DNA from: an uncultured delta proteobacterium
Lineage (GTDB): Bacteria > Myxococcota_A > Polyangia > Polyangiales > Polyangiaceae
Direction of reading: 5' to 3'
DNA: 64,000 nucleotides
NCBI GenBank assembly: GCA_963782055.1
Contig: CAWAIF010000003.1
Coordinates: 448,001 to 512,000, forward strand
Each line of letters starts with the position of its first letter. Position 1 is the first letter of the stretch. Shown in pieces: positions 53,781 through 64,000 of this stretch. The notes beneath the pieces were generated by a model. It saw only the letters and a list, made by a program, of their open reading frames with translations. It had not been told where the DNA came from and did not search any database. The translations under genes were made by a program, and so were the position numbers.

Positions 53781-55310
53781 GTGAGCCAACCGAAGACCGC
53801 CATCACCCCGACCCGCGCCGAGGACTACGCCGAGTGGTACCAGCAGGTGGTCCGCGCGGCCGATCTCGCCGAGAGCTCGCCCGTCCGCGGCTGCATGATC
53901 ATCAAGCCGTGGGGCTACGCGCTCTGGGAGAACATCCAGCGCGAGCTCGACCGCATGTTCAAGGAGACGGGCCACAAGAACGCCTACTTCCCGCTCTTCA
54001 TCCCCAAGTCCTTCCTGGAGAAGGAGGCGGAGCACGTCGAGGGGTTCGCCAAGGAGTGCGCGGTCGTCACCCACCACCGGCTCGTCGCCGGCCCGGGCGG
54101 CGGGCTCATCCCCGACCCGGAGGCGAAGCTGGAGGAGCCGCTCATCGTGCGGCCCACGTCGGAGACGATCATCGGCGCCGCCTTCGCGAGCTGGGTGCAG
54201 AGCTACCGTGACCTGCCGCTGCTCATCAACCAGTGGGCCAACGTGGTGCGCTGGGAGCTGCGCACGCGCCTCTTCCTGCGCACCTCCGAGTTCCTCTGGC
54301 AGGAGGGCCACACCGCCCACGCGACGGAGGCGGAGGCGCGGGAGGAGACCGCGCGCATGCTCGGCGTCTACGCCACCTTCGCCCGCGACTTCCTCGCGAT
54401 GCCCGTCATCAAGGGCCCGAAGTCCGCCGGCGAGCGCTTCCCCGGCGCCGTCGACACGTACGCCATCGAGGGGATGATGCAGGACCGCAAGGCCTTGCAG
54501 GCGGGGACCTCCCACTTCCTCGGCCAGAACTTCTCCCACGCCAGCGGCATCAAGTTCCAGAACAAGCAGGAGCAGGAGGAGTACGCGTGGACGACGTCGT
54601 GGGGCGTCTCCACGCGCCTCGTCGGCGGCCTGGTGATGACCCACGCCGACGACGACGGCCTGGTCATCCCGCCGCGCCTCGCCCCCGCGCACGTGGTCCT
54701 CTGGCCGGTCCTTCGTGGCGACGACACCAAGGCGCAGGTGCTGGAGTACGTCGACGCGCTGGCGAAGGAGCTGCGCGCGCGCACCGTGTTCGGCCGCGCC
54801 GTCGAGGTGGAGGTCGATCTGCGCGACGTGCGTGGCGGCGACAAGCAGTGGGAGTGGGTGAAGAAGGGCGTGCCGCTTCGCATCGAGGTCGGCCCGCGCG
54901 ACGTCGCGGCGGGCGTCGCCATGGTCGCCCGGCGCGATCGCGGCCCGAAGGAGAAGGAGAGCGTCCCCCGCGCGGAGATCGGCGCGCGCGTCGTGGCGAT
55001 GCTGGAGGAGATGCAGGCGGGCCTGCTCGCCCGCGCGACCAAGCTGCGCGACGACGCCACGCGCGTCGTCGACGACTGGGCGTCGCTGGAGCGCTTCTTC
55101 GAGAAGGACGGCGGCGGCTTCGCCCTGGTCCACTGGGACGGCACGCCGGAGAGCGAGGCGCGCTTCAAGGACGCGCTCAAGGCGACCATCCGCTGCATCG
55201 TCGAGCCGGAGCCCGGCGCCCCGTGGTCCGACGCCGTGCTCCAGCAGGGCAAGTGCATCGTCTCGGGCAAGCCGAGCCCCCGCCGCGTCGTGGTCGCGCG
55301 CGCGTACTGA
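53781..55310 (+). CDS. proS: Proline--tRNA ligase, archaeal/eukaryotic-like type
   Basis: SPVRGCMIIKPWGY, HVEGFAKE, VRPTSET, QWANVVRWE, EFLWQEGHT, QAGTSHFLGQNF and C-terminal ARAY. Confidence 0.97.
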   Translation: MSQPKTAITPTRAEDYAEWYQQVVRAADLAESSPVRGCMIIKPWGYALWENIQRELDRMFKETGHKNAYFPLFIPKSFLEKEAEHVEGFAKECAVVTHHRLVAGPGGGLIPDPEAKLEEPLIVRPTSETIIGAAFASWVQSYRDLPLLINQWANVVRWELRTRLFLRTSEFLWQEGHTAHATEAEAREETARMLGVYATFARDFLAMPVIKGPKSAGERFPGAVDTYAIEGMMQDRKALQAGTSHFLGQNFSHASGIKFQNKQEQEEYAWTTSWGVSTRLVGGLVMTHADDDGLVIPPRLAPAHVVLWPVLRGDDTKAQVLEYVDALAKELRARTVFGRAVEVEVDLRDVRGGDKQWEWVKKGVPLRIEVGPRDVAAGVAMVARRDRGPKEKESVPRAEIGARVVAMLEEMQAGLLARATKLRDDATRVVDDWASLERFFEKDGGGFALVHWDGTPESEARFKDALKATIRCIVEPEPGAPWSDAVLQQGKCIVSGKPSPRRVVVARAY

Positions 55311-55326
55311 ATCGAGTGAGCTGGCG

Positions 55327-56310
55327 TCAGTCCCCTGCCGGGAACGCACAGCGGAATCCGGTGTACCAGAAGGCCTTCCAGCGAGTGTCTTTCAGGTCCT
55401 TGCTGGACAGCGCAGGGTGAACAATCCAAGCGTTTCCGCCGATACTGGTGGCTTGCTGGTCGGGCTGCGCCAGGAGGAATCCTAGGACGTCTCCGAGTTG
55501 CCACGAGAACGCGGTGCCGAACGTCGACTGGGGCAGATACGAGACCGGGTCCGCGGAGCCATCCTGCAAAGTACAGAACTCCGGTTCACCCAGACGAGCC
55601 GCTGCCGAACGAGTCCACTCCCCCGCGTTACCCCACAAGTCCACATGTCCGTAAGGCCCGACGTCCCATGACGTGGTACCGACGGCGACGGGCGCCCGCC
55701 CGTTCTGGCCGGCTGCCCGTGTCTCCCTTGCCAGGTCAGCGCAGATGGCGTCGGAGGCCCCGGCGAGGCACCGATCCCAGGCCGCTCGCACGGCCGGAAT
55801 TCCCCAGCCCGGTGTCCCGCCCGTCGCCGCGCGCGTCCACTGCGCGTCGGAGGGCAGATCGCCGCCGTACTGCTGGCAGAAGCTGCGCGCCTGTGCCCAG
55901 GTCACCGAGACCGGCACCGCCGGGTCGGCGGGCGGGTCGACCGAGTCCTGAACGTCCTGACCGACGAGCCCCTTCGGCGAATCGCATGCGCCCTCCTGCA
56001 TGCAGTCCGCCCACATGGCGTGCGTCACCTCGGTGCGCATCAAACGAAAGGAGTTGACGTAGAAGCGCCGCACGACGCCGTCGTAGGAGCAGTCGACCGC
56101 GGGGCTCCAGGCGCGCGTCTTGACATCCACCAGGAAGGAGCCGACATCCGTCATTCCTGCGGGCACGAGGAGAGTGTCGAGGCTCGCGGGCGGCGGCGTC
56201 GCCGCGTCGCCGAACACGTCGGCATCGGGCGGGCCAGCGGGCGTCACTTCGCCGCCGCAGGCACCGGCGGCGACGACGAGCAACCCGAGGACCACCGCTC
56301 CCTCCCGCAT
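55327..56310 (-). CDS. FGE-sulfatase (SUMF1) domain lipoprotein
   Basis: Lipobox AAGAC; LMRTEVT..W..C, VTWAQARSFC...GGDLPSDAQW, DLWGNAGEW and TGFRCA motifs. Confidence 0.8.
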   Translation of the reverse strand: MREGAVVLGLLVVAAGACGGEVTPAGPPDADVFGDAATPPPASLDTLLVPAGMTDVGSFLVDVKTRAWSPAVDCSYDGVVRRFYVNSFRLMRTEVTHAMWADCMQEGACDSPKGLVGQDVQDSVDPPADPAVPVSVTWAQARSFCQQYGGDLPSDAQWTRAATGGTPGWGIPAVRAAWDRCLAGASDAICADLARETRAAGQNGRAPVAVGTTSWDVGPYGHVDLWGNAGEWTRSAAARLGEPEFCTLQDGSADPVSYLPQSTFGTAFSWQLGDVLGFLLAQPDQQATSIGGNAWIVHPALSSKDLKDTRWKAFWYTGFRCAFPAGD

Positions 56311-57648
56311 CACCAACCCTCGTCGTTGGAGCGGTTCATGGCCGCCGGATAGGCGGTGCTGCACTCCTTCGAGCCGGGATCACCCGGGTTGGCGCACATC
56401 AGGCTGTAGCCGGGAGGACAGTTGCCCACCGTGCACTGACCCGGTATCAGGGTCCCGGTATAGGCCTCGCACAGGCCCAGTGCGTGGCCCAGCTCGTGCG
56501 AGAGCACGAATGGCTTGGCGTCGCGCCCGACGCAGACGAGACCGCCGTTGAACCGACCATCGCCCTCGTCATCAATCCCAATGGCCTGTGGGCAGTTGCA
56601 CGTCTGCATGAAGACGACGCGAATCGGCACTCCTGGCATCTCAAGGTTATGTGCGTTGGCGTAACCTTCGGCGCGGTGCATCGGCTCATTGTCGCCGAAC
56701 GTGTCGCAAGTGCCCTGCTGCGCAACGACATACGAATCGTCGGGCGCCTCGAACTCCACGTAGTGCACCATGCGGAACTGGATCCCGCAGCGATCCCACA
56801 CCGAGTCCGGCGTGTAGACCTCGCTGTAGTTGTAATGCCCGGTCTTGTCCCGGTTCGGCCACACAGTGATATTGGGGTTCCAGTTCTCGTTGGGCTTCTT
56901 GGGCGGCGTCCAGCTCCGCGCCACCGTGCTCAGCTCCGATCCCGAGCTGGTGGGGATGTCGATCTCGCTGTTCTCCGTCGGCTCGGAGCCTAGATCCCAG
57001 AGGACCTTCTGGAACGCAAGGCGGCGGTCCGTCTGCGGGTAGTGCGCGGTGTAGGGGACGATGACCTCGACCGGCACGAGCGCCACGCTCGGATCGAGCT
57101 GGACGTCGAAGGCCAGCGCCCCGAGCCGCCGCGTCATGTCGGGGAGCTTCTGCACCAGGGTGATGGTGAGCGGCGTATGGCCCAGCCGGACCGCGTGCGT
57201 GTCGAAGGGTACGTCGCCGTCGGCCGTGATCGGGACCGGCGCCCAGTAGCCGGCCTGGTTCGGCCAGGGGTAGAGCAGGTCGTTGACGGACCCGACCGCG
57301 CCGGATGTCCCGTCCGCGTTCGCCGGGTCCGCGCCGCCAGTCGCCTCGACCAGGAAGTCCGACTTGGAGAACTTGAAGTCGTACGGCGCGAGGTTGCCGA
57401 ACACCTCCTGAGGCGAGGTCACGGTCCCGCTCTGGGCCGGAACGTACTGGAGCAGCTCCTTGAAGTGGATGTTCGGGTTATCCAGCTCCGAGTACACGAG
57501 CGTCGGGCTAGCAGGCGTGCCGGTCTCCACCTGGCTGGTGTTCGGGTCTACGCCCGGCTGGCCACAACCCCCCCCCGCCGGTCGGGTTGCAGGCAACCGC
57601 GACCACCACGCCGGCCGCGCTCCACGAAAGCCTCGCTGCTCGCCCCAT
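56310..57648 (-). CDS. Zinc metalloprotease-like lipoprotein; signal peptide out of frame at a G9 tract (57568-57576)
   Basis: HELGHALG plus a later SLM (Met-turn-like). Upstream GGAGGG-N4-ATG MGRAARLSWSAAGVVVAVAC joins the ORF if the G9 tract were G8. Confidence 0.68.
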
Positions 57649-57783
57649 GAGTCCCTCCGCGAGTTGAGTCTACATCAGCGTAGCACCGCACCACGACCGT
57701 GGGCATCGAAAGCGGGAGCGCCGGAAAGAGGTGCCGAAAGGTGCGCGGCCCGACCGTCCTACGGCCGGCACCGCGAGCGCCGA

Positions 57784-58056
57784 CTACCGCCGCTTCTCCT
57801 TGCGGAGCTCGGCGATCTCCTCCTCCAGCTTGCGCACGGTGCGCTGGAGGTCCTTCACCTCGTCCTCGGTGGCCAGCGCCATCGCCTTGGCGATGCGCTC
57901 CACCTGATCGCTCGTGAAGCTCGTCACCTTGCCGGGCACGCTCATGGCCTTCATCACGGCCTTCATGACGCGCTCGTCCTGCATCAGCTTCATGACGCGC
58001 GGGTCGGTCATCAGCTTCATGCCCTGCTTCACCAGCGACTTCTTGATCGAGCTCAT
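57784..58056 (-). CDS. Small Met/Lys-rich coiled-coil protein (possibly phasin-like)
   Basis: MKLMTDPRVMKLMQDERVMK repeat; LATEDEVKDLQRTVRKLEEEI coiled coil. Confidence 0.7.
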   Translation of the reverse strand: MSSIKKSLVKQGMKLMTDPRVMKLMQDERVMKAVMKAMSVPGKVTSFTSDQVERIAKAMALATEDEVKDLQRTVRKLEEEIAELRKEKRR

Positions 58057-58102
58057 GGGTGGGACAAGCCTTACCGAAGGCCCGCGGCGGGCGCAACCAC
58101 GC

Positions 58103-58768
58103 TCACGCCGACCGCGGGCGCTCCAGCGTCCAGTGCCGGTCGCTCACCCGCGCCACGCGCGCGTCGCCCAGGCCGGCCTCGCGCGCCAGCGCGGCGACCT
58201 CCTCCAGGGTGAGGGCGGCGCAGAGGGAGTCGAAGAAGAGCTGCTTCTGCCGCGGGCCGTCACCGGCGGCCACGCGCTCGACGGTGGCCCACGCCTCCTC
58301 GGTCGTCTCCGGGCGGATCAGGTCTCGCACGATGACGGCGCCCCCTGGCCTGACCACGCGCGCGAGCTCGCGCAGCAGCGCGATGGGCTCCGGCACGTGG
58401 TGCACGGCGGAGTTGCACATGACCATGTCGAAGCGGCCGGCGTCGAAGGGGAGCGCCTTGCCGTCCACTCGCTCGAGGCTGCACTGCGCGGAGAGGCCCG
58501 CGTCCGCCACCTTCCGCGCCGCGAGGCGCAGCATCTCTCCGGCGAGGTCCACGCCCACCACGCGCAGCCGCGCATCCCGCCGGAGCATGCGCACCGGGAT
58601 GTCGGCGGTGCCCGTCCCGACGTCGAGCACCTCGGCGCCCGGCCGCTCGCCGAGGAGGGCGAGCGCGTCCTCGGCGAAGCGCCCGTTGGGCGCCGCGAAG
58701 TCCATCGCGTCGTACTCCGCGGCGTCCTCGGCCGTGTCCATCACCTCCGGCTCGAGGACGCGCTTCAT
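58103..58768 (-). CDS. Class I SAM-dependent methyltransferase
   Basis: MKRVLEPEVMD...YDAMD, VLDVGTGTADIP, GVDLA and FDMVMCNSAVHH motifs. Confidence 0.9.
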   Translation of the reverse strand: MKRVLEPEVMDTAEDAAEYDAMDFAAPNGRFAEDALALLGERPGAEVLDVGTGTADIPVRMLRRDARLRVVGVDLAGEMLRLAARKVADAGLSAQCSLERVDGKALPFDAGRFDMVMCNSAVHHVPEPIALLRELARVVRPGGAVIVRDLIRPETTEEAWATVERVAAGDGPRQKQLFFDSLCAALTLEEVAALAREAGLGDARVARVSDRHWTLERPRSA

Positions 58769-58791
58769 GACGCTCGCTCCGGGGCGGGGGA

Positions 58792-60855
<2,064 letters not shown>

Positions 60856-61230
60856 CTGGTGTCTCCTCGCCCGCGGACGACGGCCGCGGCGCCTTGGTTC
60901 GGGCAAAGAGTAACACCGCGGGTTCATTCCCGCTCCCGGCATCGATCCGCCTCGCGGCCGGTCCGCACTCCCTGGGCCGAGCCCGCCGACGCGCGAGCCG
61001 CCGATCATGTGCATGCTAATGATCTGGCGGTTGCGCGGCAGCAGGCAGGGGGTATCGCCGAGCCTCTCGGGGGAGGAACCGGGTGGCGGATGGGTAGGAT
61101 CTGGACGATCGGCCCGACTGTGACAGTTCGGCACGCCGGCACCCCCTCCGCGCGTTCACACCTGGGCTGGCCATCGCAAGAGAACTTTGCGAAATCCCGG
61201 CCTTTACGCGCGTTGCTCGAGCTCTGGCGC

Positions 61231-61246
61231 GGGCCTAAGCTTTGCT
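61231..61246 (+). promoter_or_regulatory. sigma54 -24/-12 promoter candidate
   Basis: GG(61232-33)-CCTAAGCTTT-GC(61244-45)T; +1 near 61257, SD AAGGAG, ATG at 61269. Confidence 0.5.
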
Positions 61247-61268
61247 TGGAACAGGAAGGAGCCTCGTC

Positions 61269-62816
61269 ATGTCTTTGTCCTCAGCCCTCGCCCGCATTGC
61301 TCCCATGGCCGTGGTGGGCCTGGTCGCGGCCACGCTGACAGGGTGCGGGACCTACTATTACGACAGCCCTCCGGCGGCCTACGGCGAGTCGGGCGGCGCC
61401 TACGGGGACGATCAAGGCAACGGGGTGACCGTGGAGGGCTCTGCCAATGTGACAGAGGACGGCACGGTCGTTGACGGTGATGGCCAGGAGGTCGTGGTCG
61501 GGGCCGACGAAGACGAGTACGCCGACACCAATCCCTCCGCCCTGACCGACTTCCGCGCCACCCTCGACCCGTACGGCACCTGGGTGGAGGACCCCACCTA
61601 CGGCACCGTCTGGGTCCCCGCCGCCACGGTCGTCGGCGCCGATTTCGCCCCGTACGTCACCGCCGGGCACTGGGTCTACGGCGACGATTACGTCTGGGTC
61701 AGCGACTACGACTGGGGCTGGGTCCCCTTCCACTACGGGCGCTGGGTCTACGTCGACAGCCGCGGCTGGGCGTGGATCCCCGGCCGCGAGTACGCCGGCG
61801 CGTGGGTCTCCTGGCGCGTGGGGGACGACGACTACGACTACGTCGGCTGGGGGCCCATGGCGCCCACCTGGTACTGGCGCGGCGGCGTCGCCTACCGCTT
61901 CGGCTTCGATGTCTTCACGCCCTACACCTTCTGCGACCGCGACGACCTCTTCGATCACCACGTCGGGCGGCACGTCATTCGCGGCCCGCGCGTCCACAAC
62001 ATCGCGACCCGCACGCGGCCGTGGAACCCCGGGCATCCCGGCGTCGGCGGCCCGCACCGTACCCCCGCGCATCCGGGCGTCGGCGGCCCGCATCGCACCC
62101 CCGCGTCGCCGGAGGTGGGGCCGCCGCATCACGGCGCCTCGCCCGCCCGCGTGCCGATGGGCCCGCCCCCCTCGTCACTCGGGCTGAAGGCGTCCAGCGT
62201 CGTTCGCGCGCCGGCGTCGGACGCCGGGCTCACCCGCGCGCTCGCCTACTCGCGGCCCAGCTCCGCCGCGCGGTTCGGGGCGCACGCGCCGCAGCACTTC
62301 GCGGGAACGGGCCGCCCCATCGCCCACACGACGACCATCGGCCGGCAGCCGGGCGCCTACTCGCGCCCCGCAGCGACAGCCCCGCGCTACGTGCAGGGCG
62401 GCCACGTCTACCAGTCCCCCTACCAGGTCCAGCGGCCGTCGCCCGTCTATCGCTCCTCCGGCACCCACTACACCCGGCCGACGCAGAGCTACCGCGCGCC
62501 GCAGTACACGCGGCCGACGCAGAGCTACCACGCGCCCGCGCCGTCCTCGCGCAGCAGCTGGCCCACGCAGAGCTACCACTCGCCCTCTCGCTCGTCGTCG
62601 TCCTCGTACCGCGCGCCGACGTACCACTCCTCTGCGCCGTCGCGCTCCTACCACTCCTCCGCGCCGTCGCGCTCCTACCACTCCTCCGCGCCCACCCGCT
62701 CCTTCCGCTCCTCGTACCACGGCTCCTCTTCCAGCTCCTCTTCGTCTTCGTCTTCGTCTTCGTCGCATCATGCGGCGTCTTCACACCACGCCGGCGGCGC
62801 CTCACGGCGCCGCTGA
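61269..62816 (+). CDS. DUF6600-like Trp/Tyr-rich lipoprotein with a low-complexity repeat tail
   Basis: Lipobox LTGC; LDPYGTWV...YGTVWVP...PY..GHWVY...WGWVPFHYGRW; Ser/Tyr/His/Arg-rich repeats. Confidence 0.8.
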   Translation: MSLSSALARIAPMAVVGLVAATLTGCGTYYYDSPPAAYGESGGAYGDDQGNGVTVEGSANVTEDGTVVDGDGQEVVVGADEDEYADTNPSALTDFRATLDPYGTWVEDPTYGTVWVPAATVVGADFAPYVTAGHWVYGDDYVWVSDYDWGWVPFHYGRWVYVDSRGWAWIPGREYAGAWVSWRVGDDDYDYVGWGPMAPTWYWRGGVAYRFGFDVFTPYTFCDRDDLFDHHVGRHVIRGPRVHNIATRTRPWNPGHPGVGGPHRTPAHPGVGGPHRTPASPEVGPPHHGASPARVPMGPPPSSLGLKASSVVRAPASDAGLTRALAYSRPSSAARFGAHAPQHFAGTGRPIAHTTTIGRQPGAYSRPAATAPRYVQGGHVYQSPYQVQRPSPVYRSSGTHYTRPTQSYRAPQYTRPTQSYHAPAPSSRSSWPTQSYHSPSRSSSSSYRAPTYHSSAPSRSYHSSAPSRSYHSSAPTRSFRSSYHGSSSSSSSSSSSSSSHHAASSHHAGGASRRR

Positions 62817-62828
62817 ACGGAGTCCAGC

Positions 62829-63392
62829 ATGCGTGTCCCGTCGCTTCTCGCCGTGAGCCTCGCCGTCCCCCTCGTCGTCGCGTGCACCGTGACGACGCAT
62901 CACGGGGACCCGCCCCCCACGCCCCAGCCCACGCCGACGAGCAACCCGAACGTCGACCCCCTCACCGTGGTGGTGGACACCGACCAGACCATGACCGCCG
63001 CCGGCGGCGACGGCGTGGGCGTGTTCGTCGAGTACCAGAAGGGCGGGCACTGGCACATGTGGTGGACGTGCGACACCAACACCAGCGGCTACGACTGCGC
63101 GTTCGACATCAACGTCACGTCGTCCTCCATCAGCAACCCGGTGACCGAGCAGTTCGCCTCGAGCGACTCCCTCGTGCCGAGCGCGGGCTCGCTGCGCATC
63201 AGCACCGACACGACGACGACGGCGCCCGGGGTGACCTTCGACACCAGCGCCGGCGACACCATCCAGATCGACGTGACCATGAGCGGCATCCGCGACGGCA
63301 AGTTCTTCTTCTTCGTGCAGGACGGCGTGGTCAACGGCGGCTACTCCGGGCAGCTCACCGACCCGCTCATCTTCGAGCCCTCCACGCCTTGA
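62829..63392 (+). CDS. Lipoprotein of unknown function (beta-rich)
   Basis: Lipobox LVVAC; GVGVFVEY..GGHWHMWWTCDT; SD GGAG. Confidence 0.75.
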   Translation: MRVPSLLAVSLAVPLVVACTVTTHHGDPPPTPQPTPTSNPNVDPLTVVVDTDQTMTAAGGDGVGVFVEYQKGGHWHMWWTCDTNTSGYDCAFDINVTSSSISNPVTEQFASSDSLVPSAGSLRISTDTTTTAPGVTFDTSAGDTIQIDVTMSGIRDGKFFFFVQDGVVNGGYSGQLTDPLIFEPSTP

Positions 63393-63399
63393 GCGCCGC

Positions 63400-63930
63400 G
63401 TGACCCATCGCTACGCGGTTGGCCTGGGGGGGAACCTGGGCGATCGCCTGGGCACGCTGCGCGAGGCCGCGCGGCGGCTCGCGGCGGCCGGAACGGTGGT
63501 GCGCGTCTCGCGCGTCTACGAGACCGAGCCCGTCGGCCCCCCGCAGCCGCGCTTCCTGAACGCCGTCGCGCTCCTGCAGAGCGATCTGGAGCCGCCCGCG
63601 CTGATGCGTGTGCTGCTCGACGTGGAGCGCGACCTCGGCCGCGTCCGCGAAGAGGAAGCCGAGCGCTGGGGCCCGCGCGTCATCGACCTGGACCTCCTGG
63701 TCTGGGAGGGCGCGCCGTACGTGCACCCGGACATCACCATCCCGCACCCCCGCCTGCGCGAGCGCGCCTTCGCCCTCATCCCCCTGCGTGACGTCTGGCC
63801 CGAGGCGCTCGACCCGTCCACCGGCGAGCCCTGGGGCCCCGCCCCCAACCCCGGCGTCGAGCCGACCGGGGACGCCCTCCTCCTCCCTCAGGGAGAGGGG
63901 GCCGGGACGCCGCCGTTACCGGCTCGTTGA
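63400..63930 (+). CDS. folK: 2-amino-4-hydroxy-6-hydroxymethyldihydropteridine pyrophosphokinase
   Basis: VGLGGNLGD, YETEP, FLNAV, RWGPRVIDLDLL and IPHPRLRERAF motifs. Confidence 0.95.
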   Translation: MTHRYAVGLGGNLGDRLGTLREAARRLAAAGTVVRVSRVYETEPVGPPQPRFLNAVALLQSDLEPPALMRVLLDVERDLGRVREEEAERWGPRVIDLDLLVWEGAPYVHPDITIPHPRLRERAFALIPLRDVWPEALDPSTGEPWGPAPNPGVEPTGDALLLPQGEGAGTPPLPAR

Positions 63931-64000
63931 GCTTCACAGAGAGATCGGAAGATCAAGAAGCTGGAGGTTTGACGGCGACGAGCGGGTTCACAACCCGAAG

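Noticed and set aside
55327..56310. Diversity-generating retroelement target
   Set aside because: The FGE-like fold fits, but there is no reverse transcriptase or template repeat in the window.
63942..63952. AGATCGGAAGA, resembling an Illumina adapter
   Set aside because: The match ends after 11 nt (continues TC rather than GC) within a purine-rich intergenic stretch at the window edge; not enough to call contamination.

Overview
This is a very GC-rich, gene-dense chromosomal window. Gene content points to a Myxococcota genome, probably Polyangia (Polyangiaceae/Labilithrix-like): eukaryote-like Ser/Thr kinases, FHA proteins, sigma54 enhancer-binding proteins, a HEAT-containing Che cluster and many lipoproteins. 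Housekeeping genes include purQ/purL, sthA, pmbA, scpAB, manC, atpF'FHAG, an archaeal/eukaryotic-type proS, prkA and folK. I saw no rRNA, tRNA, CRISPR array or transposase. Highlights: (1) an unannotated ~140-nt sRNA candidate at 4600-4740 with its own sigma70 promoter, two hairpins sharing the C-rich anti-Shine-Dalgarno-like loop AGCCCCCUCC, and an intrinsic terminator; (2) three apparently degenerate Complex I membrane-arm paralogs (NuoH-, NuoL- and NuoM-like), each fused to an extracytoplasmic domain, next to the ATP synthase genes; (3) an AtpA with an ~86-aa insertion and an acidic/poly-Lys tail; (4) widespread TANNNT boxes 6-9 nt before start codons, suggesting leaderless mRNAs; (5) a REP-like repeat family, a putatively autoregulated RHH/Zn-finger operon, a 4xYegP lipoprotein and a lower-GC metalloprotease/FGE islet. 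Three +1 frameshifts fall in homopolymers and may be assembly errors. All calls come from reading motifs by eye; no searches were run.
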